A DNA stretch of 64,000 nucleotides from Balanoglossus misakiensis (Eukaryota; Animalia; Hemichordata): NCBI GenBank assembly GCA_040954595.2, contig CM082589.2:8378232-8442231 (forward strand), written 5' to 3'. The notes below the pieces were generated by a model. The model did no database searches. It saw nothing but the letters and a program-made list of their open reading frames with translations, and had not been told where the DNA came from. A program made the translations under genes and the position numbers. Shown piece after piece: positions 38,288-49,900 of this stretch; position 1 is the first letter of the stretch, and every line of letters begins with the position of its first letter.

Positions 38288-39154
38288 ATGTTGATGTACA
38301 GAAAGAGACGACTGAACCACCACGTGTGGATATTTATTGCTGTCTTTTTCTGTGTTCAAGCAGCAGACCCCTTGTTACAGACAGAACCAGACGATACTGA
38401 AGTTATATTCCCGTATACAAGCACTGGTGTCACAACTGTTAATCTACGCTGTACTGTTCGTGATTTGCAGACTGGTCAGAATGTGGCATGGTACAAGAAC
38501 GGAATACAAATCAGCAACAATGATGTTGTGTACAACGGCGTCAATGTGGACGTTAATCGGTACAGTGTGTACTACTATCTGGATAAGGGATTTTCGGTAT
38601 TCAACTTACGAATCACAACGTCTGCGGCCAATGCTGCATTTGACACTGGTGAGTACGTATGTGTGGTGACGACAAATCCTCCCTTACAGTCCCGTACTGC
38701 TCGACTAGATGTCTATGTTCGCTCACAATCAGGCTCTGTACAATGTTCAATCGATGATACCGCCAACGATGATGTCTTCGATGTCATTGAAGGAACAACA
38801 GTGCAACTACAGTGTCGTTCAGATCCTACGGGTGTTCCTGCAATGACAACATATTGGACAAGACAGGGATATCCAAATGATATCAACGATACATTCACAA
38901 CCACAGACACGGATAGAACAAAACTTCTCCACTATTCATGGACACCAACACGGCAACAACAACATGCCACATTTACCTGTACAGGAGCTCACCCAGCTAT
39001 TCACACAAACAAAACATGTCAGCTCGGTCCCTTCAACGTACAATATAAACCAATCATTCAGATTTCACCTCCTTCTCTCACAGTTACAGTTGAATCGCAA
39101 GTCGTCGCATTTACATGTAATGGTGATGCAAATCCTTCTTTGATAGATTATTAG
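38288..39154 (+). CDS. Ig receptor copy D, truncated: signal peptide, V, Ig2 and partial Ig3, no TM (pseudogene or secreted form)
   Basis: Open 288-aa frame ending at a TAG created at the insertion junction. Only the final tail codons (NLTTTDVYTSL..VVEK*) resume, at about 40444-40503. Confidence 0.65.
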   Translation: MLMYRKRRLNHHVWIFIAVFFCVQAADPLLQTEPDDTEVIFPYTSTGVTTVNLRCTVRDLQTGQNVAWYKNGIQISNNDVVYNGVNVDVNRYSVYYYLDKGFSVFNLRITTSAANAAFDTGEYVCVVTTNPPLQSRTARLDVYVRSQSGSVQCSIDDTANDDVFDVIEGTTVQLQCRSDPTGVPAMTTYWTRQGYPNDINDTFTTTDTDRTKLLHYSWTPTRQQQHATFTCTGAHPAIHTNKTCQLGPFNVQYKPIIQISPPSLTVTVESQVVAFTCNGDANPSLIDY

Positions 39155-40441
39155 GGCGTTCTCACTGGCACGTTTACACCGGTGCTACTCCGGTGTAGAT
39201 TTGACACTGACGGGAAAAATAACAAGTGAGAATGCTTTACACCGGTGTTGGGCCGGTGTTAATTTGCGGCGGCGATGGGTGGTGGGTCAGGGCCAGTGCT
39301 GGGCCAGCGCTCCGACGCAAATATGCAGTGAGAACGCAAAGATAAACAAACACCGTTCAAAAGCGCCACCCTGCAGTGACTTTATGTTTATTAGGTATAG
39401 CCCATTGTCTTTGGTCAGTTTCCATTGTGAAGTCAATCACACTGGACGCGAGTGGTTTTCAAACCATTCGCAGTTTGCCAGGTCTGCAACACTTCTGTCT
39501 GCTACCAACTTTCAGAAGGTTCTCTCGATCACCGAAAAGCTGAGGCATTTTCCATTTATGGATTAACATTCATTTACTTCTAAACATTATCAAAACTGTC
39601 ATGAAGACGACAAAGTCGTCTAGAACGCATATGCAGGTATAGAAACTGAAGCATGTTGCTGTAATGTCCTCGATCCTCTATTTTGTTAGTGGCCGTGTTG
39701 CTAAACATGGCCATTTAGACGGTGTTTATTTCAAAACAGTGTCCAAAAGTTTAGTGTGTGGACGCACAGAGATTCTGTGGGCTAATCCCCTGTGTTTGCA
39801 GAGAGTAAACACTGGCCCTACATCAACGTTGAACATTAAAAGGGCGTTCTCACTGGCACGTTTACACCGGTGCTACACCGGTGTAGATTTGACACCGACG
39901 GAAAAAAACAAGTGAGAACGCTTTACACCGGTGTTGGGCCGGTGTTAATTTGCGACGGCGATGGGTGGTGGGTCAGGGCCAGTGCTGGGCCAGGGCTCCG
40001 ACGCAAATAGTCAGTGAGAACGCAAAGATAAACAAACACCGTTCAAAAGCGCCACCCTGCAGTGACTTTTGGGTATGTTTATTAGGTATAGCCCATTGTC
40101 TTTGGTCAGTTTCCATTGTGAAGTCAATCACACTGGACGCGAGTGGTTTTCAAACCATTCGCAGTTTTCCAGGTCTGCAACACTTCTGTCTGCTACCAAC
40201 TGTCAGAAGGTTCTCTTGATCACCGAAAAGCTGAGGCATTTTCCATTTATGGATTAACATTCATTTACTTCTAAACATTATCAAAACTGTCACAAAGTCG
40301 TCTAGAACGCATATGCAGGTATAGAAACTGAAACATGTTGCTGTAATGTCCTCGACGTCCTCTATTTTGTTAGTTGCCGTGTTTGCAGAGAGTACACACT
40401 GGCATAGCACTGGTGTCGAAACTTTTAGTGAGAACAAGACA
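39154..40441. mobile_element. Tandemly duplicated Harbinger-like non-autonomous element interrupting copy D
   Basis: Two units of about 600-690 bp start GGGCGTTCTCACTGGCACG (39154 and 39842). The right end AGTGAGAAC is the inverse of GTTCTCACT; TTA and TAA flanks. Superfamily call is tentative. Confidence 0.6.
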
Positions 40442-42387
40442 TAAACCTCACAACCACTGATGTTTACACGTCACTCAGTGATGTTAAGGTTGTAGAAAAA
40501 TGAGAAGTGAATGAGGAGTTTGACACAAAGGATATTGTAGTCACGATGCAAGCATGATTGTGTAAATTACATTCAAAGTAACATTCAGACCTCCTCATAA
40601 TGCTTGAATATTACCCGGTTTTATTGATATATTGCAAAACATTACATGCCACTGATTTTGAAAAGATCCAGACAACTTCAGAAGACGCCCGTAAAATGGA
40701 AAACACTATGATCAACAAACGTAAGTGCCAATGTGTTAGACATATGATTATTATATTCAGTAGGGGATTGGATTATTGAAGGTCAGGTATATATTACAGG
40801 AAAATTTTGACAATTAGATTGGTCAACAATAATTGGGTATTAACGCTGGTTTCTCATTGTTGTCCATGCATCGGGGAATCTGTAGCGATGGGGTATCGGG
40901 CTCTGACGAGAACAGTGATCCACGGAGACACGTGTCTGATTCACGCTCATTTATTGCTGAGAATTACTATAGTACATCAAATACGCCCAGTAAAGTACAC
41001 GAGGAAGGGAACGAGCTCAGTAGCCTGAGGTACTTATATGCATATACCCTACGCACCTGATTGATAATTTTGTGATCACTTGTAAGAATAGGAAATTTGT
41101 GTATTTAAGTTTGTGCTATAGAGTTCGGAGAATGGACAGTGGTAGTGGTGATGAGAACGTCTTCAGAGACTGGCGAGTAAACAGATCAGGTCGTGATCCC
41201 GGAAAAGAAAGTACAATGAATCTTTCGTGACATTTTCAGCGCTCTATTCGATCTACCACGTTGTTATTTAAAGTAAAGCCCCAGTGACCAACAATGGACG
41301 AAAACACACATCGGAGATTGCGACGTGAGCTTGAGTGTTTTGTGGGTCGTTAGGGGTTTATATTATAGTTATGTCTGTATATTTCTTCTCAATGACGGTG
41401 AAATTGTAAACATCAAACAAAATACCCGAAGTCCCGGACAGTTCCGAAACGAGCCAACATCCACCAGGGACCGACTGCTAAAATTCACATACAAATTGTA
41501 ATCGAAATCATTACTCACATCAACCAAGCGCCACGTCTTTTCATATCCCATTCTATCAACACATACATGCAGCTCACAAGTACGACCTTCGCGAATAGGA
41601 TATTTTTGATACCAACATTAAAACAAATCTGTATTATTTTGAGGCGAATTAAAATAAACTTGCCTACCGTTTAAATGCGTAGGTGCAAAGCAAAACGAGC
41701 CAGATTCAGTGCGCTACTTATAAGTGGTACTTATGTTGACTTTAAAGCAACAAACGACATCAGATGACGACACAAAATGAAAGTTGTAACACTGCAACTT
41801 CCTTCACTCTTACTTTCCCTTCTTCTTCTTCGTTTGTTGTTGATACAACAGTGGATACACACAATCACACTGACAGTAATTGTCTATTTGGCCCAACACA
41901 CATCTCTGTGTGGCTAATATAAAATGGCAGAAACTTGGGAACTGAATGTAATCACATCACAGTGTAATTTTGCGGGGGAAAGTTGGTGTGTTTTTGTTCA
42001 ATGGATGTAATCAAACCTTGAATGTGTTTGTATTATTTCAATTACTGTAGTTAAATTCAATCGTATGAAGTTTTCTATTTTTGCAAAAATTGAATCTAAT
42101 TTCACAGTACATTGTAACAATGCTACAGAAACCCTTTTCGGAAAAGATAAAAGCAGTTACGACTGTAGTCCACGCATGCGCATATTTATTGAAAGTTTTC
42201 ACTCACTGGTGAATTCACCAATACAAAGAATATACATGTAAAGGAACGAATAGCTACTGACCGATTTTCACGTCACGGAAATACCCGGATCAAGGAAAAG
42301 AAACCTTGCTACTAGTTTGAGCGACCTGTCCTGTTGGGAATGGTTTACTAAGCACTGTTGTACAAGACTCTAATTGCCATTTTGACG

Positions 42388-44580
42388 ATGTACAGAAAGA
42401 GACGATTCAGTTACCACATGTGGATACTTATTGCTGTGTTTTTCAGTGATAAAGCAACAAGTACCTCATTAGAGCCAGGACCAGACGATCAGGAAGTCAT
42501 ATTCGCGTATACAAGCAATGATGTCAAAACTGTTGTTCTGCCATGTAGTGTTCAATATTTGCAGCCTGGTCAGAATGTAGCTTGGTACAAGGACGACTTA
42601 CAAATCAGCAACAATGGTGTATTTTACAACATCGTCAATGTGGATGTTTATCGGTACAGAGTGCGCTACAATGTCAACCAGGGATCATATTCGACATTCA
42701 ATCTAGAAATCACAACGTCTGTGGCCAACGCCGTCTTTGACACGGGCCAGTACCAGTGTGTGGTGACGACTGACCCTCCATTGCAATCCCGTGTAGCTCG
42801 CCTGGATGTCTACGTAACCCCACAGACAGGATATACAAGATGTTCAATCGGCACTGATCCAAATGACGACGATTTTAACGTGAGGGAAGGAACAGCAGAG
42901 TCCTTACAGTGTCGTTCAGATCCCACGGGCATTCCCGCCATAACAACAGGATGGACCAAAAATGGATTCCCCAATGATATCAATAATACATTGAGAACCA
43001 CAGATCCTGGTGGCACGGAGGTTCTCCAATATTCCTGGACACCAACACCTCAAGAACAGAATGCAATATTTACCTGCGTAGGATTTCACCCTGGTTATGC
43101 CACAAACAAAGCATGTCAGCTTGGTCCATTCAACGTACAGTACAGACCAATCGTTCATATTTCACCCCAATCGCTCACAGTTACAGTTGAAACACAAGTC
43201 GTCGCATTTACATGTAGTGGTGATGCAAATCCTTCAGTGACAGACTATAGTTGGTCAATTACAGGACGGGTAGAGTTCAGCTATCAGAGTGACAATGTCT
43301 TAATCGTTTCTAACATTACGAGTGACAACAATGGTATATATTACTTCAGCTGTGAAGCTGTCAATGACATCGGAAAGTCAGAAAATGCCCTCAGTACCTT
43401 AACCATCAACATTCAATCGACAACAACCACGCACACTGTATTACAGCCATCGACTCTAAAAGTTTTATCGACCGAGCCTATACCTGCAAGCAACACACAA
43501 CATGAGATGAGCACACAGAGGGAAAGTGGAAACACTGCGACTGATGCCATCCCTCGGTCTCTCACTCCGTATCATTTTGTCCCTTCTACGACAAATACTG
43601 GTCCACAAGAAGAAACAGGTAAACAAAAACAGGACGGTACAATTATAATCATCGGCGGTGTGGCTGGTGCATGCGGTTTTATTTTGGTGATAGTTGGGCT
43701 CATTCTGGTGATTGTCTGTGTCCGCAAGTCCCACAAACACGAATCCAGGAGCGAGCCAACCGAAAGACCCTCACACGCAGTTGTAAACCCCTATGAGGAC
43801 ATTGCCACTACTAATATTGACATACTTGACCAGCAGGGAGACACTCTCGTTGATCAGGCAGCAGACTCTCCTCCTCCGTATTCACCAGTCAACTCAGCGT
43901 ATGACGACAGCGAAGATGGCAACCGCAAACACAGATCAGACGACGAATCTACATCTCTGCAAATCACCTTGCAAGCCAACATTTATATCGATAGAAATAA
44001 AGGAGGCGTCGGACAAGCAGGTGCCTCGCAGCCTAGAGCCGAGAGAGCCGGTATGCAACGACCAGGAGACGGCCGAAAATCAAAACCTGTAAAGCACCCA
44101 CCCATTGTTCACCCCAAACCAAAACTAAACAGACAGTCAGGTGGAAAGACAGAAACTTGGGACCATGCAGCGAATTCCGAATATGGCGGTGGGCCGATAA
44201 TTGCACGCGTTACTCAAGAAAGGGTAGGCGAAAACCAGGGCAAGAAGAATCCACCAGACCTACAACAAACACAGAGTGACGGGGATATTGGTGTTATGTA
44301 TGCGAGCGTCGATTTGACCAAAAAGAAACGCCAATCCGAGGGGGCAAACGAAAGCTGCAAGGAGGAAGAAAATCTCACCGACGGCGATGAAATGACAGAT
44401 GCAGAGGTGTACAAAGAAGGGGTCGCCGTGTCAGACGACAGCGCAAGACATAAAAACGTGGAAGGGTTGACATACGCTGACCTGGATTTATCATCCAAAA
44501 AGCGCATATTTGACACAAAGGAAAGTGGCCCGGAGCCCGAACAAAATGACGACATTGCGTATGCAGAGGTCAGATTGTAG
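42388..44580 (+). CDS. Ig receptor copy E: intact three-Ig receptor with a long tail carrying three ITIM-like motifs (first ATG at 42388)
   Basis: Ectodomain homologous to A-D. Different stalk and TM (IIIIGGVAGACGFILVIVGLILVIVCV). VMYASV (44293-44310), LTYADL (44467-44484), IAYAEV (44554-44571), plus NPYEDI. Confidence 0.9.
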   Translation: MYRKRRFSYHMWILIAVFFSDKATSTSLEPGPDDQEVIFAYTSNDVKTVVLPCSVQYLQPGQNVAWYKDDLQISNNGVFYNIVNVDVYRYRVRYNVNQGSYSTFNLEITTSVANAVFDTGQYQCVVTTDPPLQSRVARLDVYVTPQTGYTRCSIGTDPNDDDFNVREGTAESLQCRSDPTGIPAITTGWTKNGFPNDINNTLRTTDPGGTEVLQYSWTPTPQEQNAIFTCVGFHPGYATNKACQLGPFNVQYRPIVHISPQSLTVTVETQVVAFTCSGDANPSVTDYSWSITGRVEFSYQSDNVLIVSNITSDNNGIYYFSCEAVNDIGKSENALSTLTINIQSTTTTHTVLQPSTLKVLSTEPIPASNTQHEMSTQRESGNTATDAIPRSLTPYHFVPSTTNTGPQEETGKQKQDGTIIIIGGVAGACGFILVIVGLILVIVCVRKSHKHESRSEPTERPSHAVVNPYEDIATTNIDILDQQGDTLVDQAADSPPPYSPVNSAYDDSEDGNRKHRSDDESTSLQITLQANIYIDRNKGGVGQAGASQPRAERAGMQRPGDGRKSKPVKHPPIVHPKPKLNRQSGGKTETWDHAANSEYGGGPIIARVTQERVGENQGKKNPPDLQQTQSDGDIGVMYASVDLTKKKRQSEGANESCKEEENLTDGDEMTDAEVYKEGVAVSDDSARHKNVEGLTYADLDLSSKKRIFDTKESGPEPEQNDDIAYAEVRL

Positions 44581-46987
44581 ACGAAGGCGCTTCTCTTTTG
44601 GTCCAGGTACTTTTGCTCTAAGCCTGAGGGTGATTGTTCCCTCATATGTGTTTCTTTGATATCTCTCGTACTAAAAATCTGTAAATGTTTAAGTTGTGGG
44701 CGGAAACTCGTCAATGTTGAATGAAGAACCCCAATTGTAATATAAAAACAAAGGCAGTGGCCACTGTCTTTCACGGCAATTTTCAAATTATGCTAATCAT
44801 GTTCCTGGTTCATCAACATATTCGGACACTTACATTGGTCTATTAGGACCATGTGATTGACCATCATCATTATTCATTCTTTCTTCGATGGCTATTTCAT
44901 AATGACAATTAAGAACAGATAATGCTCTAGTGGATATTTTTCAAGTTTCAAAATTCTAGCTAAAAATAGTTGCAACTGGCCGAGTGGTGTCGTGTCCGGA
45001 CTTGATTGGTCCGAAAAGAATTCTATGAAATATTCAAGGTGTAATAATCTAAAATTTGCATTCGATAGTGTAAAGACGCCATTATATAATTTCTTATGAT
45101 CCGACTGGTCCATTTTTCTTCTGACATGGAAATATGTTTTTACTACATGTTGTTCGATAATACTTATACTGATTGCATTTGTGATATCAACGCTTTCACA
45201 ACCTTTGTTGAATTATTCAAGAAATAACTAATAAAGATATGCGACTGGAACTGAAAAGGCCAAGGTAAAACCCAGACTTATACAACTGTGCATTACCAAC
45301 GCCTATCACACAAACCCTGAAGAGTCTCTGGGCAACGTAAGTGAATTTTACCTGCTATGTTGTCATTCCACCTATTACCACTGCCCATGCCACCACAGTC
45401 GGACATGATCTGTGGTTAACATTATCGAAATCCGTTCACTGTTTGGCATTCTGGGTGGTGCCTTACCTTAGATCTTTCTTGAACCCATGACACAATTCAA
45501 ACCAAGAAGTGCAATTGGAAATGACTGATTGGTTTCCACGTGTGTTAAGCATGTTACCATGGAGGTTTGTCTGACAACTAGAAAAAAGGCAACGACAGCG
45601 TGTATATGCAGATTTATGATAATGTAGTGAAATTTGAATTTTCGCATCATTTTGTCTTGTACGTATACAGAGATATAAGTAGCGCCAGATGTGGGTATTC
45701 GGTTTCTTTTGTGTTTTGACGAGGTCAAGACACAAAATATTTATCCAGCAATTGTCTTATGAAATCCTATATTGTTCAATCATACCTAGAAACTTAATAA
45801 TGTAACCTGTGCTTACTTGCGAATAAAACAATATTACGTTCGATTATGTGATATAACATTATTTTTTATTTAACTTGCCTATAGCGACTTTCTTCGCTGT
45901 TTCAAGATTCTCCTACTTGTATAAAAATTGGCCGTGTGTTGAGGCTTTTGTTGGTTATTCTGTCAGATGGTCCAAATCATAGGTGACTATCCGCTTCATT
46001 TTCTATATAAAAAACGTAAGATTTAATGTTCAAATAAAAGAACTGTTGCAAATTCCAAGTCAATCTTGACGCCAGGGTAAACAAACTTTTGGAAATGATG
46101 ACAACCGGTAAACTTACAAAAACAGAGTATATTGGCCTATCTCGTGGACTTATTAGCCTTTTTCGATATTGTGGGTCAGTATGAGACAATGCCAATTGGG
46201 GGGGGGGGGGGCTCCTTATAACCTGCAGTGCAACATGAACATCGTCTTAGTTCATATACAAAGAGTAAGACGTAGTGACAAAGCCTTTAGTCGACGCTAT
46301 TCAATTTGTTTTCGAACACCGCACTCACAAAAACACCACAAAAGTGTAATATATGCATGTATTCATGATGAGGTAGTGTGCGCATGCGTAGTAATAAACT
46401 GTACTACAGGTCTCTCCTGAAGTTGAATGAACAACTGTCTGCTGTGTCCTCTTGTGCTCTCCTTGAATATATCCCCGATATATCACAAATTGGCGACGAG
46501 GTGACTAATCGAAGGACCCGTTCGTGAACATTAACTATAGAGACTAGTTCGAGCGACAAGAAAAGACGAAAAACGGCGAAAGACAGGTGAAGTTCAGTTT
46601 AACGAAAAAGGGGAGGAGTGCGCCAGAAAGTGAGAACGTAGACCAGACGTTGATCGAACGTAGCGGTCATTTTCATCAGTCACGTAAACCAGATTGGATG
46701 TAGTGAAAACGGTGACGTCGAGTCGTAAACGCACTCTAGATTCGTCAGATTTGATGTGACGGAAGTTCACTGAACAGTGAGTTGTAAAACTAACTTTCAG
46801 ATAACGAAGTACTGAGAAGTTAGAACTTTGTACAAGTCAACGATACGGCGGTAGACCAGAAAATTTTGCATAATTCGTCATGGCTACTGGCGGCACGTAT
46901 CTTGGTTGTGTGGGACCGTTCGAAAGTTCAAAGGAAACCTTCGTTTCGTACATCGACAGAATGCAGATGTTCTTTGTGGCGAACAAT

Positions 46988-49900
46988 TATAGTGTCCACG
47001 TAGATGGCCAATGATACACGTGATGTTAACAGATTAATAACACTTTATTCATGTGAACACAAGATGTCCGCCATGGATGGGCAGCAACAACAACAGACGG
47101 AATTCTGGGTAACTCGGGTCAAAGGTCAACAGTGTTCAGGATACTACATCCCTCCTTTCTCAGATCACTGATATGTCCCTGACTGAACTAATCTATAGCA
47201 ATCAACATATGAACACTGTTGCGAAACGCTCAAATTCAAACTCAGAACTTTCAGAGAAATATATAGAGAATATAGTGTCTCGAGTCCGGTTTCAATCATT
47301 TCAGAGTCTATCGAGTGTTTTTCTGGAACAATAAAATGCAATGAAACATATGAAACACTATTCAGCTAACAAAGTGTCACGGTTAGCCTTTCTCAATCAC
47401 AAAATCATCAAAACGTTTCGGCATCCTAGCAGCGCGACTGGGTCTGGATCTCACTGGTGTTGAAACATCTGTGGCAATCAAATCCGGTGACTTTTCTGTA
47501 GCAGACTTGACTGGTGACTCATCCAGATCCGGTTTGTTTTCTGTACTGCGTTCCTCGTACTTCTTCACGAATGTAACGTTGCGTCTATATTCGGCTCCGT
47601 CTTCACCCCTCACAGTAACTTCTCCTCCTTGTTTGCTAACAACTCTGTATGGGCTTGGGATGAAGTTGGGCGACATTTTGTTGGTTTTTGTTGTTCTTCA
47701 GCAAAACTTTATCTCCAACTGATACTGGATTGGTCGTTGCATGGCGTTTTGTGTCTGCATAAGCTTTGCCTGCTATCTTTCTAGACCAATCACGATCGCG
47801 GATCTCCTCATCAATTACCGTTGGTTCGCGGCGCAATTCCGGTAACTTGGATTTCATCTCGCGGTTGAACATCATATAGAACGGTGTAGCTCCTGTAGTC
47901 GACTGTGGCGTAGACCTGTACGCTGTCAAGAACTTCTGCAGCTCTCTTCGCCAGTCTTTGGATTCTACCTGAGCAATGCGAATTGCTTTCATGAGTGTTC
48001 TATTCTGCCGTTCGACCTCCCCATTGGCTTGCGGCCATAATGGTGTCGTTGTTCTGTGTTCAATACTGTTCTCCCTCAGATAGGATTCGAACTCGTCGGA
48101 TATCAACTGGGATCCGTTGTCAGTGCGTAGCGAATATGGCACTCCAAATCTCGCAAATATCGGGGTCAACGCATCGATAATTTTGGCGCTCGTTATCGAC
48201 CGTAGTATCACGACCTCGTAATATCTGCTGTAGTAGTCTACGATGACTAGTATGTGTTCTCCTGACGGCAATGGTCCTAGTAAGTCAGCACCACAATCCT
48301 GCCATGGCCCACTTGGCGGTATGACACGGGACATAGGCTCTGGTACCGAGTACTGTCCTACCACCTGGCATCCATGACAAGTTTTGCAAACTCGTTCAGC
48401 ATCTCTGTCTATCTTGGGCCACCACACCTTTGTGCGTAATCTGGTTTTCATCTTGGTGATTCCCTGGTGCCCTTCGTGTGCTAATTCCAATACGCGATCT
48501 CGCATCGATCGTGGAATGACGATTCGGCTGTCACGTAGAAGTATCTCTCCCACCGTGCATAGCTCGTCTTTCACGTGTGTATAGGCTTGCAGGTTACAGT
48601 TTCTCCAGTCACCTGTCTTTACACAGTTTTTCACACAGTTTAGTTCTGGATCAGCAGCGGATTCTCGCTCAATCTCTCTCGCTGTCAAAGCAATTGGTAC
48701 ACTACTTTCGACAACTGTACGAGCGTAGTCGTATCTGTCTCCCTCATCGCGGTAGTTTCTAGAGTTCAGCCTAGACAGTGCATCTGCGATGTTCGTTTTC
48801 CCGGGACGATAAACGACTCTGAAGTTGTAGGCCTGTAGTCGCAGCACCCACCTTTCAATTCGGGCAGACGGTTTTGAGCTTTTGGAGAATATACACTCCA
48901 ATGGCTTATGGTCCGTTTCAAGCTCAAATTCTCTCCCGAAGATGTACATGTTGAAGCGCTCACATGACCATACCAACGCTAATGCTTCCTTCTCCGTTTG
49001 GCTATATCGGCGTTCTACGTCTGTGAGACTCCTCGACGCGTATGATATGACTCTCCATTCACCATCTTGTAGCTGTAATAGGATCGCACCTAACCCGTAT
49101 GGTGACGCGTCTGCAACTATTCTCGTGTTACAATCCATGCGAAAATATGCTAGTGTCTCTGCTCGTGTAATCAACTCTTTCAGTTTCTCGAACGCGTTCT
49201 GTTGTTCAGTCTTCCACTCGAACGTGACGTTTTTGCGTGTCAGTCTCTGTATTGGTTCCGCTATCGATGACAAATCAGGAATGAATTTCGATAGGAACTG
49301 TACAAGACCCATGAACGATCTGGTCTCACTCGCGTTCTTCGGCGGTTCTGCGGTTCGGATCGCATCTACTTTCTCTTCACTCGGACTTACCCCTCTCTGT
49401 GTCAGTACTTGTCCGAAGAATGTCAACTTCGCCATTCTGAATTTACATTTCTCGGCGTTCAGAGTCAGTCCAACTTCTCTCACGCGGTTTAGAGCGGCAA
49501 ACAATTTCTCATCGTGATCGCGGTCATCTTTACCGTGTACTATCACGTCGTCGGCAATACTTTCGACTCCATCGCAGTCGCGAAATACATCTCGTATTAT
49601 CTGTTGGTACTTTTCTGGCGCAGAGTTTACACCGAACATCAGTCGTGTGTATCTGTACAGTCCTCTGTGCGTAGCAAAAGTAGTGATATGGCGGCTGTCT
49701 TCACTGAGCTGAATCTGGTGAAAGCCCCATTTCAAGTCAAGACGACTGAAAACTGTACTGCCGTGCATGTCTTGCAGTAGCTCATCTACCGTTGGAATCG
49801 GTTGACGTTCGCGGACTATGGCTTCATTCGCGCGTCTCATGTCAACGCATATTCTGACATCATTGTCTGCCTTCGGCACGACGACTAATGGCGACACCCA

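Noticed and set aside
39201-40257. Repeated ORFs inside the insertion in copy D
   Set aside because: Frames differ between the two tandem units and there are no transposase motifs.
48882-49517. 211-aa plus-strand ORF and similar antisense ORFs (6824-7474, 44214-44786)
   Set aside because: Shadows of real coding sequence on the opposite strand, with no independent motifs.
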